Notes under the pieces: model-generated
The model's database searches: none
What the model saw: the letters and a program-made list of their open reading frames with translations, nothing else
Told to the model about the DNA's origin: nothing
Part shown: piece by piece, positions 1 through 14,346 of the stretch
How the letters are laid out: each line of letters opens with the position of its first letter
How positions within the stretch are numbered: position 1 is the first letter of the stretch
Program-made: the position numbers and the translations under genes
Origin: the human T2T-CHM13v2.0 reference genome, Homo sapiens
Length of the DNA: 64,000 nucleotides
Reading direction: 5' to 3' (one strand)
NCBI RefSeq assembly: GCF_009914755.1
Contig: NC_060930.1

Positions 1-250
1 TGTCAGATCAAATCCAGGATCAGGTCATGTATTAGTTGTGTCTTTACATATAGTATATATGTGCATATGTGTCTGTGTATGTGTATATAATGTCAGTTCA
101 CATCTACACCTGTGATTTTAATCCAATACCATAGGCTTTTAAAAATTCTTTACCCTTTCCATATCTGTTTGCCCCTTCTCTAACAGTGAGAAATCTAGTT
201 CCCATTACACTCAATATATCAATTTATTTGCATAGTACTAAAAATGTAAC
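1..250 (-). mobile_element. Old L1M (L1MC-like) 3' region fragment
   Basis: Degenerate similarity to recalled antisense L1MC 3' sequence (tccaataccatagg...ctctaacagtgagaaatctagttcccatta). Confidence 0.5.
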
Positions 251-2558
251 CAAAATCCTTACCAGGCAGGCCAGCACCTCCTACACTTTCTGCAGAATTT
301 GTCTGTGCAGATGAATCTTCTCTGACTAACCATTGCCTGATCTTGTCATCTCATTGAGGTTGTGCAGGCCATGGAAGACCTGTCACCATTCCAAGTGATA
401 TATTAATAGCTAAAATGATATAATACTTTATGCAATTTGTGAAATAAAAATTTTGAATACATTCCTTTATTTTAATAAGAAGTGTTCAATGTATAAATTT
501 TATACAAGCATCATCTAAGAAGCTTTGGCCAACATGGCTCTTTCTGTTATAAAACAGGCCTTAGACACAGTATGGAATTAAAATTCCTTGAGCACATCTA
601 ATTGTCTGGAAAACGACGGTTAATAAGGAAATGGGGCAACCACTTACTTAACATCTCTTGGGCTCAGATTACTCTCAATCTGTAAATTGGGGATAATTGT
701 TTTGCAACCAGTCTCTGAATTAACAGAGTTTAGTGCTGAGGGAAATTAAGTGCTGCCGCGTAATGAAGTAAAAAAGGAAAAGGAGACATCAAGTGGTTTT
801 GATGTCACTACCCCTACATCCACCAGAGCAGCACTTACTGGTCTATTTTATATGGTGGACTTTTACTTTGCTAGAGTCCCATGGCTAGAGTTAAGTGGTA
901 GGAAACCACTGGCCTAGCACTACCATTCATTCTATGCATTACTAGACAGTTTTGTTTAAAGTCCTTCCTTTATTCATTAAATCTGCTCCATTGTGCCTAG
1001 CAATGAGCTTTAGTAGAAAAAAAGTAGAAAACCATGCATTGACTTGGAATCATTACGTAAATTAGAATGCCTACTCCACAGCATAATTTTGAGAACTTAA
1101 ATAAGATGATGTATGTTGCATCAAGCACAAGGAAGTTTAGAATAGGCAATCGATAAATGTAATTATTTTCTTGTTTTTTCTAGCACATTGCTGAGCTTCT
1201 AGTTGGTTCTTAATAGGTATTTGTTAAGATGAATTACATCTCAGCATCTTGCCACTTAATACTTACCTGTCCTGATTTCAGATAGCTTTTGTCGAAGGTT
1301 TACAACCAATTCATTTTGACCAGTATTTCCAAACAAGTTAGCTGAATTATAATTTGCTTCTTATAGCTGGTTCTTTGTAGTAGTAGGAGTGGGGAAGGAC
1401 AGGAAGATATCCAGAACATGTGAAGTTAAAGTTAACCACTGAGATTAAGTTAAGTTAGGGAAAATCAACATGTAATAAATGAAATGCAGCATCTATTAAG
1501 TAATTCACCTTAAATGATATTAGTAGCTAAGATATATTGAATATTTTCTCTGTGCCAGGTATTTAGCAAAGCCTTTTATAAACAATTCATGAAATAGGCA
1601 CTGTTATCAGTCTTATTTTACAAAAATAATTTGCCCAAGGTTACACAACTAGGAGTAACTGGATTCCAATCCTGACAGTCGGATTTCAATTTGCACACTT
1701 AACTAATCAACCTAGCATATAATATGTGAATAGAAGTTTGATTTTCAAAAGAAATTGTTAAAAGTATTAAGTATTTATTAAGCTAATATGGTGTGCCAGA
1801 TAGTGTAGTAAGTGCTAGAGATATGGCAGTGGAACATACATTGCCTCTTCTCTAGTAAGATGAGCTGAGAAACATAAACACAAAAATAACAAAATTTTCA
1901 TCATGATAAAAATGAATATATTGACATATGTAATCGACAGTTTTGTCAGTTGCATTATACTTAGTCCCAACTAGAAGTTTCTTAATAAAAGCAGGATGAT
2001 ATGTAAGAAAAAGGGAAAGTTTAAGAGAAACACTTTTTCAGTTGGTCATGAGCCTTGTCTAGGAGAGGGGATGACATAACCAAGGAGGTTTCCTGGGCAG
2101 GTATCTCTGAAATGGAATGGATCTACTAGACTATCAGATCTCAGTGACATTAACCATCAAAAATGCATAATACCCTCGATTTTCTAATTATAAATGATTA
2201 AAGGAGCATTGTAATTCATGCATTATTTAGGCTATTAAGAGTTTAGTTTGAACAAACCCACTATAGCTTTGTCAGTTTTTGGTGAACTAAACAACAAATA
2301 AATAAGCTTTTTATTACGCAAAGACAGAGAACAGACAGAAATACAGTAAATCCACAGAGTGTCTAGCACCCTGTAGAGGGAGGTGTTTTCTGGGTAACCA
2401 GTTGGCTTCTGGAAATACTGGCTCTCTCTCCTCTATCTTGCTGCTTTCTTAGTGTAGCATTTTCTCTTCTTCTTCATTAATTTCCCTCCTCCAAAATGTT
2501 AGGCGTATTTTCTTCTTGGGTAGCACCAGTCAAATCGGTAATTCTGGCTGTTCTCACT

Positions 2559-2610
2559 AATTCCTGCTAGTTTAAATTTTCACCAATTCCTGCTAGTTTA
2601 ACTTTTCACC
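2559..2610. repeat. 26-bp tandem duplication, 2 copies, 1 mismatch
   Basis: AATTCCTGCTAGTTTAA(A/C)TTTTCACC at 2559-2584 and 2585-2610. Confidence 0.9.
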
Positions 2611-5059
2611 AGCACCTTTATTAAGTACATTACAAACACCTTTACTTAAGCATGTGCACATGTTCATGTGCACTCACACACACGCACACACCTGTCTCCT
2701 TGATTCTCGCATCCTATTAATAACACTTAATATTAAGCAATCTTAAATTGTAGTGCAGACTCCCAACCAAATTCACATTGATTTTAAATTAATGAGGTGA
2801 CAGGTTAGAATTTTATCACAAAGACTAAGCTTCTCCTTTCACTACCTTTAGAAAGCAAAGAGGAAAAAAATTAAACTCTTCAAAATCCAATCTATCACCT
2901 TATCTCTTTGGCTAATACTTCCAAGGCATTCATCAAGACCAGCACTGCTCAGAGAGAACTATTTATGCCCTGCTAATGGACTAGGCTTTTATTTAAATCG
3001 TGGCTAGAACATACTAATGGCATTGCACAGACCCGCTGATTTGCCTTGGGATAAAATAATCCAGCTTAACATCAACAAAATAAACATCCTTTTAAAGCAC
3101 TGCTTGAACTTAATATTCACTCTAAAGTATATAATTCAGTGTTCTCTCTTATGAAATATAGTTGCTCTATGCAAATTTTTGAAATGTTAAGTTTTGTCTT
3201 CAATTCTACTTATTCTGATCTCCATATTGTTGGACATTTAATCTCTTCAGAGCACTTGTATTCAACCATGTAAAGAAATGCTCTTATAACTTGTCAAATT
3301 TTCAATAATGGCTTCTTCAGGTAATAAAACTATTCATGTAAACACCAGGATGTGTTTTGTGTTACTTCCTGGGAAACAACTTAATACTGGAGGAAACAGG
3401 AAGAAAATTAAATAACTTCATTCTAATAATTTACCTATCATCAAGGTCACAGAAATAATTAAGCACATTGACAAATATTATGCTTTTTTGTTTCCTTATA
3501 CACTATATTTGCATACTCCTAATTCAAAGAAGTATGAGGGATGAGGTTATTGTTGAAATGAATTGACATTCTTACAAACAAGGTAACACACAGGTCTTTA
3601 AAGAGAAAATATTAGATTAGAGTAAAATTAGATTTGCATTAGATTAAAATTAGCTCTATTAGTATTAATAAATATTAATATAAAAGTGTACAAAATATAA
3701 TTAAGCCTCCTTACCCTAGTATTGACATGCATGTCCATTCGGATGAGAAATGGTGTTAATGCTGAGGTTTGAGAATAACACTGACTGTTCTTCTGAAGTT
3801 AATTTAATTTAGTCATGGACAGAAACATGGATTACTATGACACTTGACCTATAATATCAAAAACTTAAAAATGAAAAGAAACCCAGGCATGAAATAGCAA
3901 ACCTGCTCAAATTTTTCAAGTAGAGCATAACTACAAGGGTCCTGATTTATTCATTTTTCTACATGAAGGAAAACTGCCTTGAGAAAAAATATATGTTCTC
4001 ATTTTAACACTTCTGAAAATAACACCGTTGTTCTCGATTGGAAGCTAATTTTGAATTGTAATGGCAATTACTAAAGTGAACTAGAAAAAGAAATATGGAT
4101 AACATCGTTTCCATGGTTACAACCAATTGTGTTGTCTGATTGAGGTTCCCAAATGTAGGTTTTGTAACCAGCTGCACCGGAACCACCTGAAGCACTTGTT
4201 AAAAGCACCAATTCCTGAGTTCTATTTATTAAAAAAGAACCCAAAGTACTGTTCAAAAAGCTCCACAGATAATTATTATCTTCACCTAGTTTTTAGCACT
4301 ATTGAGCACATTCCAATATTTCTTCCCTCCATTTGCTCATCTGTAAAGTACTCAAGGGAATAATTACTAATAAATATTTTACAGTCAATAGAAAGAAATC
4401 AAGTGAGATTACATATAAAATTGATGATCATAACTGCAATACTGAACAACAGCCTAGATCCATACATCCATAGCAGGGTCATTGCAGGGGGACAGGATGT
4501 AAAAGCTATGCTAATCATGGGATTACTTTGACTGTGAGGTCAAAGTAATGAAAGGGGTCTCCTTTTGGAAAGCATATATGTACCTTGGTTACAGCTAGTG
4601 AAAATGTGGGCTGGAAAAAGGAGCCAGCAAGAAACACGCAGAAAGTTTTGAGAGAAAAGAGACACGGGGAAAATGAGCTGATCCCTTCCAACACGGAAAT
4701 ACTAAGGTAATGTTCCTTTTTCTCTGGTAGAAGCCACTGAAATACAGAGTTGGAAATACTGGGGAGCAAGAGTGCAAATTTGTATAATACATCCAAAAGA
4801 TAGTTGTAAAAACCCTGGAGGACTCAAGATTATCATAAGAGGAATGACGAGAGGGAAGAAAAGGGAGTATTTTCAACAGAAGCTATATGGCAGTCCAAAA
4901 CATTTAATTGAAGCATTCAAAAGTAGATGTGTCTGTGTTTTACAATTTGAGCTGGGGAGTGGAACACAATGTTTAAATTAGTTCCTTTTCCAATTACATA
5001 GATTTCATTATTCTATATTGTCATAGTAACTCTCGCCTATATCAACAATACACACCATG

Positions 5060-5425
5060 TGATATGGTTTGGATGTGTCCCCACCCAAATCTCATCTTGA
5101 ATTCCCACATGTTGTGGGAGGGACCCGGTGGGAGGTGATCAAATTATGGGGGTGGGTCTTTCCTGCACTGTTTTCGTGATAGTGAATAACTCTCATGAGA
5201 TCTGATGGCTTTATAAGACAGAGTTTCCCTGAACAAGTTTTTTTTTTTTTTTTTTTTTTTGCCTTCTGCCATCCATGTAAGATGTGACTTACTCCTCTTT
5301 GCCTTCCACCATGATTGTGAGGCCTCCTCAGCCATGTGGAACTGTAAGTCCAATTAAATCTTTCTTTTGTAAATTGCCTGGTCTCGGGTATGTCTTTATC
5401 AGCAGCATAAAAACGAACTAATACA
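5060..5425 (+). mobile_element. THE1 (ERVL-MaLR) solo LTR
   Basis: Begins TGATATGGTTTGG...CCCCACCCAAATCTCATCTTGAATT and ends ...ACTAATACA. The 5-bp TSD is CCATG (5055-5059) / CCTTG (5426-5430). There is an internal poly-T expansion. Confidence 0.93.
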
Positions 5426-7370
5426 CCTTGTCAGCAAAAGTGCCAGCCAGCCCTTCTGTTGGTCTGGTCGATTATTTGTCATGTCACTCTGAGCCTTTCT
5501 GTACATGAAGGTCCCTTTGACGTCAGCAACAAATTGAGGCTTATAATTAATAGGATCCCAGATCAGGAGGCTCAGGAAAACTTTAGGGGATGGGACACAA
5601 CATTATTGCTCATCTAGAAATTTCCTTAAGGCTAGATATCAAAGGAAATGGTGTGTCTTCTTCTTATGTCACACCAGAAAGTACAGAGAATATACCTTTA
5701 GGGAAAGTCATAGGTGACAGTGGAACAAAAGAATGGCTTCTCTCTGCTCTTTTTGTACAACATGATTTCTTGCAAACAGAAGAAAAATACTGGCCCATGA
5801 ATTTGTAGCTTGTAAAAGTTTCTATAAAGTGATGAACTCTGAAAAGTATAAGATTTTTGCTTGCTTTATAAATCTGCAATACCATCTTAGTATCTGTATT
5901 TTTTTCTCCTATCACTGGCTAATACGCTGCCATTTGATACTTAAGCTGGAGATGCACTCCTTGTAACCATCTACTTTTCATAAGAAATCATTAGAGATGT
6001 AATGTAAAAATCTACCTTGATTACAAACATGCACATTTTCCATGCTGCTAATATAAAATAAATGTCATACATCTGACCAGCTTTTCTTGCCAAAAGAGTT
6101 GATATTAAGGAGTCATTAAGAAAACCTAAATCATGAACCATTATTCATTCAACAGTCAAAAAAAAAAAGCGTCTGTGTCTTAGATGCTATTAACGCATGC
6201 TGAATGCCAGTTATAATGATCCCATTAAATCAGATGTGATGAATAGTTCATGATGTCTGACTTTACGTTATTTCTGGAACTTCCGTTTATATTCTTTCTG
6301 GAAATAATGGTCCAAGGCCTTATCTGCCTGGGGGCTTTACTGCTTTTTTTTTTTTTTTTTTTTTTTTTTTGATTCTAGCTCCAGGGAGCTATATTTTTCT
6401 ATCCAGACACTGAAGACAGAAAGGTCATCTCAAAAAACAGTGTTAAGAGGCCACTGATTTTTGCCTTCTTAAACCAGAGGTGGAAAATGAACAAGAGATC
6501 TTTCTGAGCGCAAAAAGATATAACCTAAAAGCCTTTCAGCACCCGTCCCATATTTCATTCATTATGTTCATTGTTCTGGCGGCAAACATTTCCTGTTCTA
6601 CTCTCATTGTAATCCTTCCATCTCCAGTAGTTTGTCTGGGGGATGTAGTTACTGTGCAGTATCAAAAGCAGTCAATTAAGATGATTTTTAAGAGCTATCT
6701 CGTGAAGCAGGAACTCTTTGTTTAGTGCTGTCAACCCAATAACAAATGAAGATTAAATAGTGGTTCATCTGGGCAGGATGGCGTGAGGCATGGAATTCTT
6801 TATTTAACAAGTAGGCTTTCCACAGTACCTACCTTGTCAGGGATTGCTGCTGAGTCTACCAGAACTCAGGAGGCCCAGATAAACAGAAACTATGTTTGAG
6901 GACAAGAGGAGAAGAACTAAGGAATTTTATGCATGCTAACAGAGATCGAGAAAGTATTTCTCATTAGTTTGGCATGCATATAGAGAGACTTCTAAGAAAA
7001 TGAATGATGCCAAAGAGGTTATAGTGATTAGAATGAAACTGGAGCCCTAACCAGAAGGAAGCAAAGACACTAGCATGAATTTCCAAGGAACTATATATAT
7101 AAGAAATATGCCAGCATTCTTTTGATAGGTAACAAATTATTGGGAAATGAAAAGACTCCAAGAGAAAAAAAAAAGGGGAGGGTAGGGGGAAGAAGAGAAA
7201 CACTACAAGGAGAGACAAAATAGGCAATGAAAATATTTGGGAGGGGATTTAATCAGTAACCAAAAGTCAAAATGTAAAACTTGCCCCATCTCTTTTTTGA
7301 TACCTGGTGCACACACAGAAAAATGTTACCTGTGTTATCCTAAATGTAAACTAGGCCTAAAGTATTAGTG

Positions 7371-8352
7371 CAATAATCCCCTCTTATCTACAGGGATCCA
7401 AGATCCCCAGTGGATCCCTGAAACCTCAGATAGCACCAAACGCTATATATGCTATGTTTTTTCTATCTGATGATGGAGATGACAACTAAGTGACTAACGC
7501 GGGCAGGTCATACATACAGTGTGAGCAGGCTGGACAAAGGAATGATTCACTTCCCGCGCAAGATTGCATGAGATTTCATCTCGCTACTCAGAAGGTCATG
7601 CAATTTAAAAGTTTTGACATTCACAGTGACACCTGGAAAAAGAACCATGGGTCACTTTGCAAATATATGACAGTGGTAAGAGGTCCTAAATAGGTGAAAA
7701 GGATCAGACAGACCTAGAATAAGTCAAGATTCAGGGTTTGGATCTCCATTGCCATGAAACAGATAGGCATCTTCCTAGCTGTTGTCCGGTTTCAGTTATT
7801 CATGAAACGCCTTCTCTCCTCCTTCTTTCCTAAAATGTATCATTTAAAATGCTGCTCTGTGTAGTAAGAAGATAAGAGTTTGATGAGATAAAGTTGCAAC
7901 AGCTAAAAAAGAAGTTTAGTTAATGGGAGCAGTTAACAGACTGTGCAAATTGTCTGTTAAGTGGCACTTTATGGTTCAGCAGAATCCATGAGAGTTCTAT
8001 CTGGAATTTCTATCAGGCCCCATTCAGCAGGAGCTGGTTCCCTGGAACCCAGCATTAAAAAACAACAACAAAAAAAAATTGGTGTCTTGTGTATCTTCCT
8101 GGATAAACAATGACAGCTTCAACCCATTTGAGCTACCTTCCTGAACAATGCCATCAATTATCCCCAAGTGTGGATTAAAGGATATAGTTCTAGGGAGATA
8201 GGAAATAAACCCTCTAAAATGTTGTCTAAAACAAACAAACAAGCTTATAAATTGTTTATTTCTGGAATTTTCTTTTTAACATTTTAGACCAGGAATGAGC
8301 ATGGGTAACTGAAACTGTGGAAAAAGAAACCTCAGATAAGAGTGAACTACTA
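7371..8352. mobile_element. MER44A-like (Tigger7-derived, TcMar) MITE, split into 7371-7617 and 8240-8352 by an insertion
   Basis: Left TIR-like CAATAATCCCCTCTTATC, with internal CCCCAGTGGATCCCTGAAACC...GAGATTTCATCTCGCTACTCAGAA...CAATTTAAAA. The element resumes at CTTATAAATTGTTTATTTCTGGAATTTT...GGGTAACTGAAAC...GATAAGAGTGAACTACTA. Confidence 0.85.
7618..8242 (+). other. Unidentified polyadenylated retro-insertion (mRNA 3'-end retrocopy or orphan L1 transduction)
   Basis: It interrupts MER44A. AATAAA lies at 8204-8209 and an A-rich tail at 8228-8242. The degenerate TSD is AAAAGTTTTGA (7607-7617) / CAAGCTTATAA (8240-8250), at a TTT/AAAA site. Confidence 0.65.
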
Positions 8353-8717
8353 TAAGCAACAGTAATATTTATTGATGCAAAAGTAATCATTAATAAATAG
8401 ATTTTGTACATAATGTGTTAATGAATGCATAGGAGAAGTTGATTGAATCAGGCTTTCTTATACCGTGAGAAAATCATAGACTCTTTGTGCTCAAAGAAAC
8501 TTCGAAGTAACCTTGTCCAGCTACCACCTATGCATATGCTTGAATCAAGTTCCATGGGTCACAATTATCAACTGCTGACAAGATACCTAGATAAGAAAGT
8601 TACAGAGAATTCCTGTAACAATATTACCCAAAATAATAATTAGAGATTTGATGTATGTTAGTTACATTAAGGTCCTTTTGATGATCAATCCCTACCCAAT
8701 CCTTATTGGAGAAATAT

Positions 8718-9341
8718 AATTACAAACAAAATCTCCCAACCCAGAAATCCTCTCCACAAAGGCAGCAGAGAGAAAAAACACTTTTGTTATTGAATGAGCA
8801 TTAAGCCAGAATGCGATATATGCATCACAGGCAATCCACTACATGATTACAAAGAAGAAAGAAATTCACCTTTTTATATAGTCAAGTACATACAACCCAT
8901 TACATACAAGTGTTCAAGATAAATAATAACTGGTGCTCAAGTAAGAAGGCCTGACAGTGCCATTTGTGACACATAGTTTATGCTAACTTTACCTGGTAGT
9001 TGGGGTGACCATCTATGTTAGCTAATTGACTTTATCCAGAGGAAAAACAAACTTCTCATATCTTTATGACCTGGGTAGTTTTGCAACTTAGAGCAATGCA
9101 CTCACAGAAGTTGGGATCCTATCCTCCCCCAGAAACTGAGACAGGAGTTACATTTCAAAGAGCTGGTTCCCAGGTCTACTGGGTCACAAAGCTGACAAAA
9201 GCCATCTTCAAAATGTTTTATATACATTTTCAAAGAGAGAGGAAAGTACTTACAACGTTTCTAAAGTAAATGCTCTGAGAAAAAGGAGGGGGTGGAAATC
9301 TTATTAAGCCTATTATTTGTAAATTTGTATTTGTCCCTCCA
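8718..9341 (-). mobile_element. ERV1-class solo LTR, MER34/MER39 family
   Basis: The reverse complement begins TGGAGGGACAAATACAAATTT...AGGCTTAAT...CTTTTTCTCAGAGCATTTACTTTAGAAAC, as in recalled MER39-type LTRs. Length is about 620 bp. Confidence 0.7.
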
Positions 9342-12300
9342 CCCTCCAGGTGTCCTTCCACCCTCCTGCTTAACTTTCCTCAGATTACCTCCAAATCAGC
9401 CCAACTCTTCACCTGCTGATCTTCCAACCATTCTTTCTAGAGTGTCTGGTGTTATCTGAAGTATGAGGCGGAGGATCTGTTAGGCTCTGAAATTGGAACC
9501 AAAATGTGTTTTGGAATATGCCTTTTAAAAATGGGTAAAGGATTCATTGCCTTCAGGATTTTCTCATTTTGCATTGCCAAGAAATCCCTCTACAGGTGTA
9601 ACCATCTGCTAAAATTCTCTGTCCACTTCTTGACATATTTCTGATAATATCGCCTTCCTCACATCCTTCTAAAAGGATTCTCATTTTCTCCACACCCCAT
9701 TTATCAGATCCAGCATTCTCCTGGATCCCCGTTGCCAATTTCCAGCCCATTCTTCTGAAAGCTTCCTTTAATAACTCATCCTCCTCTGGTCATCTATCCC
9801 ACATTTTTCAACCATTTTGTTCACCATCCACTGACACCCAGTCATTTTTGCCACAATGGGAGGTAACAAAAATGGCTATGCTTATAAACTATTCACCACA
9901 TATCATATATTCTGTATATCATAAATTCTTAAATTCTTTAGCAATTCTTTTCACTTATCTAACTTCTCAGGTGGCCACATTCTGCATCTTAATTTCTACC
10001 GCTAGAAAATTTACCAGTTATATTTCACTCTTCTTATCACAGTCCTTTACCCTACAACCTCTATTCTTTTGCGCTCTTGATTTCATCCTCCAGAATGATC
10101 TCCCAAATACAGATCAAACTTTATGCTTTAGTGTATGTACTCTGCTGGTGCTGCTGCAAAACTTTCCTTTAATCTTACTTCTGTCTATTCTTCTACTTAA
10201 GACAACTTTACTGAATCTCCATTTTCTGCAAGATAAATTTCAAGTTAGTTAACATAACCTTTTTGCATGTTAGCTTTGACTACCTCTTCCAACTTCATTT
10301 CCAGCCACTTCACCTACACTCTATTTATATCAGCATGCTTGTTCAAATATACCAATCACTTTAATTCCCCCATGCCATTATTTATGATTTTCTTCATGAA
10401 TAGAAAATTCTTTTTCTCTTTTAAATCTCTTTTACATGATTTTTCCCCATTTTCTTTCAGTTCCCTGGTCAGGCCATTGGCCTGATCAGATCAGTTGATA
10501 TTTCATGTGAACCTGAATCATGATATCTTCCATCTGTTCTCTTCTTCTCTATTCTCTTCCCATTCCAAAGCAATCATCCAAACACCCCAATTGGAATACA
10601 TCAAACATTGCTTAACATTTATTGTCTTCATTTTATGAATAATATTAGTCTCTACAATCTAATGCCAACCAATTTTTCCAGCAATATTCATTTTACTTAT
10701 ATAAACATTTTTCAAATTAGTTTATGCATTGTTCTAGAGATATATCTCTCCCACCTCTAATTTGCTAATAATTTCTTATTCTATGTATTTCTAAAGCCAA
10801 AAGGTATTCTCCTTTAAACTTTTCTTGACCACTGTCATATAATGTGACTTATCCCTTCTGTAACTTATAATTTGATGTCTTACACCTCATACTTTGTTCT
10901 AGTGCTGTTTTGTACATCTAAGTACCATTTCATGATGAATAAATAATGTCTGAATTTCATTAAAAATGTAGTTTATTAAAAGTGTTTATATTCATCATTA
11001 TGTTTCTGTTTATTCTATTGTTTTACATTGCTAACTAAGAGAAGTAAAGGTGTGCATGGATTATTGAGGGAGGTCATTTTGGAACAACCTTCCAGTGAGT
11101 AAGTATCAGAGCTGCAGTCAGACTATAAGAAGAAAAACTTCTAAGGAAAAGTATAGAGAAAAATGACAGTCTTAATTGGCCATCTGCAAATAACACGTTA
11201 CGTTTTACAATGTAAAACTAATTTTCACCAGAATATACCAGTTTTAATTTATAGGTAACTTAATACTACTTTACTTATGAGATATTCATTAAGTAAATAT
11301 GGCCTCTTGGATTTTAATCGTTGCTTTAGAAAGTCATGAAACTCAATGGTTGATATCACTATATAGTTATGCTATTTATCCTCACCTGGTCTTCTGCTTT
11401 TTCTCAAAAATTTATATGTTCAACCCGTTACTCCATAAAATTTCTACATCTTCCACTCATAACCAAAGCGCCCCAGTTTCTTGTGTTATACCCCAATGAC
11501 TTCATCGCTATGATTTCCTTTCAGTCTCAAAGGAAGAATAGTTCTTTTCTTTTCCTAAGCTAAGCAAATTTGTTCTTTGGTTGCATTTCTTATTAGTCTC
11601 CTCACAAACCCTGGGTCTCTTCACAAACCCTGGCTCATCAGCAGACAAAACTTACTTTCACTTGGTGTCATGTTCTCCCTTTTTAGTGTTAACACAAACA
11701 TGCAAACCAACAAAATCCTTAGAGTATTATTCTCTCAATTTCTGTTTCTCTAACAAAAGCTTCAGAAAGCCTATATTACACCTTATGCTTGAAACAAGGT
11801 GTGTGTCTTGGTGTTGTCACTGACTGGCTGTGTAACAGGTCATGTGACCCACCTGAGCTTCAGTTTGCTTATTTAACATAAAATTAGTCTTATCACCCAA
11901 AATGTTGTAAACTAAAATAACAAGCAACAACAACAAACAAGGAATGTCCTATTCAATATTTATCTCTTTGCAAATGAATCTAGAATATTTCTGAGCAAAA
12001 TCTCTTTAAGTCAAGTCTTGCAAGTTCAACACTGTGCTTGTCTTTGCTGCAGGATCGCTTTTTCCCCGCTATTTTATTCAAAGGTGCACTATTCTTACAG
12101 CCATTTTAGAATCATGTTTCTTCCCTACGTTCTATTATGCAACGAGTCACTAGGTCTAAGTGATTCTCCCTTTCTCTTTTCTGATACTATTTGACTTTTG
12201 ACTAAATAATAGTTTCTAAACATTTTTTTCACTCCTGTATTCAGCACCTTTTCCAATCTATTGTTGTTAGCCATGTTTTATAAACAACATAAATTTTCTC

Positions 12301-12876
12301 CATTAAAATCCTTCAATTGCTTCCCAGTGCCAACCAAATAAAACTAATATCTATCATTCTTTCAATTTGCTCTGATATTCAGGTTCATATTTTGCTTTAA
12401 TACTTTACTTGAGTCAAACGGAACTATTTACCCTCCTTTGAATATATCCCTTGCCTTTTAGCCTCTGGGCCTTTGCTCTTACCCTTATTTTTCTCTGTAA
12501 TCTCATCTCATTCATCTTACCTGTGGAAATTCAGCTGCATTCTGATTGTAACATTCTCTTTTGTCAGAAATTATCTTATTCTTTTCTGAACACAATTATA
12601 CTGTGTTCTATTCCTTTCATAGCTGACATCCTCAGACAGTACCACCGAATTAAACATTAAATATTCCATAATCCCAATAACCACTCCACATACACATAAA
12701 TGTATTAGAAGAAAGATTATTAATGGTTCTATGTACTTAGTATCTTTCAGAGTAGACAGTGTTTTCCAATAGGTAAATTTCAAAAATAAGCATAACACCT
12801 ACTGCTTAATGGAAGTAGAGATATAGATTAGAGATAGGCATAGAAATATAGGCATTAGAGGTAGAGATAGATATAA

Positions 12877-13251
<375 letters not shown>

Positions 13252-13995
13252 TAGTGATCTGCCTCTGAGAGCCCAGATTTCAGATGGTCTCCTGGACAGG
13301 GTATTCATTATAAGTTATTTAAGTGGAAAGTTATTTTACAGATATTTTATTCAATCCATTTATTTTACAGATTAAAAAACAGATGCCCAGAAGTATTGAG
13401 GGACATTTTGTCTGCTTCTCTATGCTTCTGCTCAGTTAAGCATTTCCATTTGTATTGTGCCTAGGATAGGCACAATTTTTAGGATATGACCTGTTAATTA
13501 GGTATTTAGGACTTCTTTCTCAAATTAGAATGTTCTCTAATCTGGCAGAGGGACAGAAAATTGTTTCCTCTTTACTTTTCAGCTACCACTAAACAAACTA
13601 TTTTTCTGATTTTCTCTCTGCTTTTTTCATGGCCAATCAGGAAACTTTTGGTGTAATTAGGTAAAGAGAATAAGTCACAAAGTTCTCCCTTCCCTTCAGC
13701 TATCAGTAAGTTAGTTTGGGAATGTTTAAGCTATTTTTCTTGAAATAATTCCAATCTACACATTATTTTTTAACTGATAACAAATGATACGATTCCTTAT
13801 AAGTGGCTATTCCTCTAATTGAAAGGAATAATATGCAACCAAGCTAGGATTTTTGTAGGGTAGATCTAGAAGGAAATGTATTCATGTGGCACAGAGTCCT
13901 GTCTTCTAGGTGGTGGCAGTCCCGACGTAAGCATTGCCTAAATTTTTAGGAGGGAAAGATTTTCAAGATGAGCTAAAGTCTTTGAGGAGAATTCC

Positions 13996-14346
13996 CGCTA
14001 CCGTTTGAATACGTATCCACTACCAAAGGTCATGTTGAAATTTAATTGCCATTGTAACAATATTAAAAGAGTGGACTTTTAAAAGGTGATTAAGTCATGA
14101 GGGCTCCACCTTCATGGGTGGAATTAAAGCTGTTATGAAAAGGCAAGTTCTGCCCCCTCTTGCCCTCTCCCTTTTTGCTCTTCAGCCTTCCATATGTGAT
14201 GACAAGACAAGAAGGCCCTTGCCAGAGGCCAGCACCTTGATAATGGACTTCCTAGCCCCTAAAACTATGAGCCAATAACTTTCTGCTTATTATAAATTAC
14301 TCAGTCTGTGGTATTCTGTTATAGAAGTACAAAATAGACTAAGAGA
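13996..14346 (+). mobile_element. MST-family (MSTC/MSTD-like) MaLR solo LTR
   Basis: GGTGATTAAGTCATGAGGGCTCCACCTTCATG...GAAGGCCCTTGCCAGA...TATAAATTACTCAGTCTGTGGTATTCTGTTATAG...GACTAAGAGA. Confidence 0.85.

Noticed and set aside
9848-12798. Short hydrophobic ORFs (60-134 aa) here and across the window
   Set aside because: They are the expected by-products of T-rich, L2-derived or low-complexity DNA, often with non-ATG starts. I recognised no homology or splice structure.
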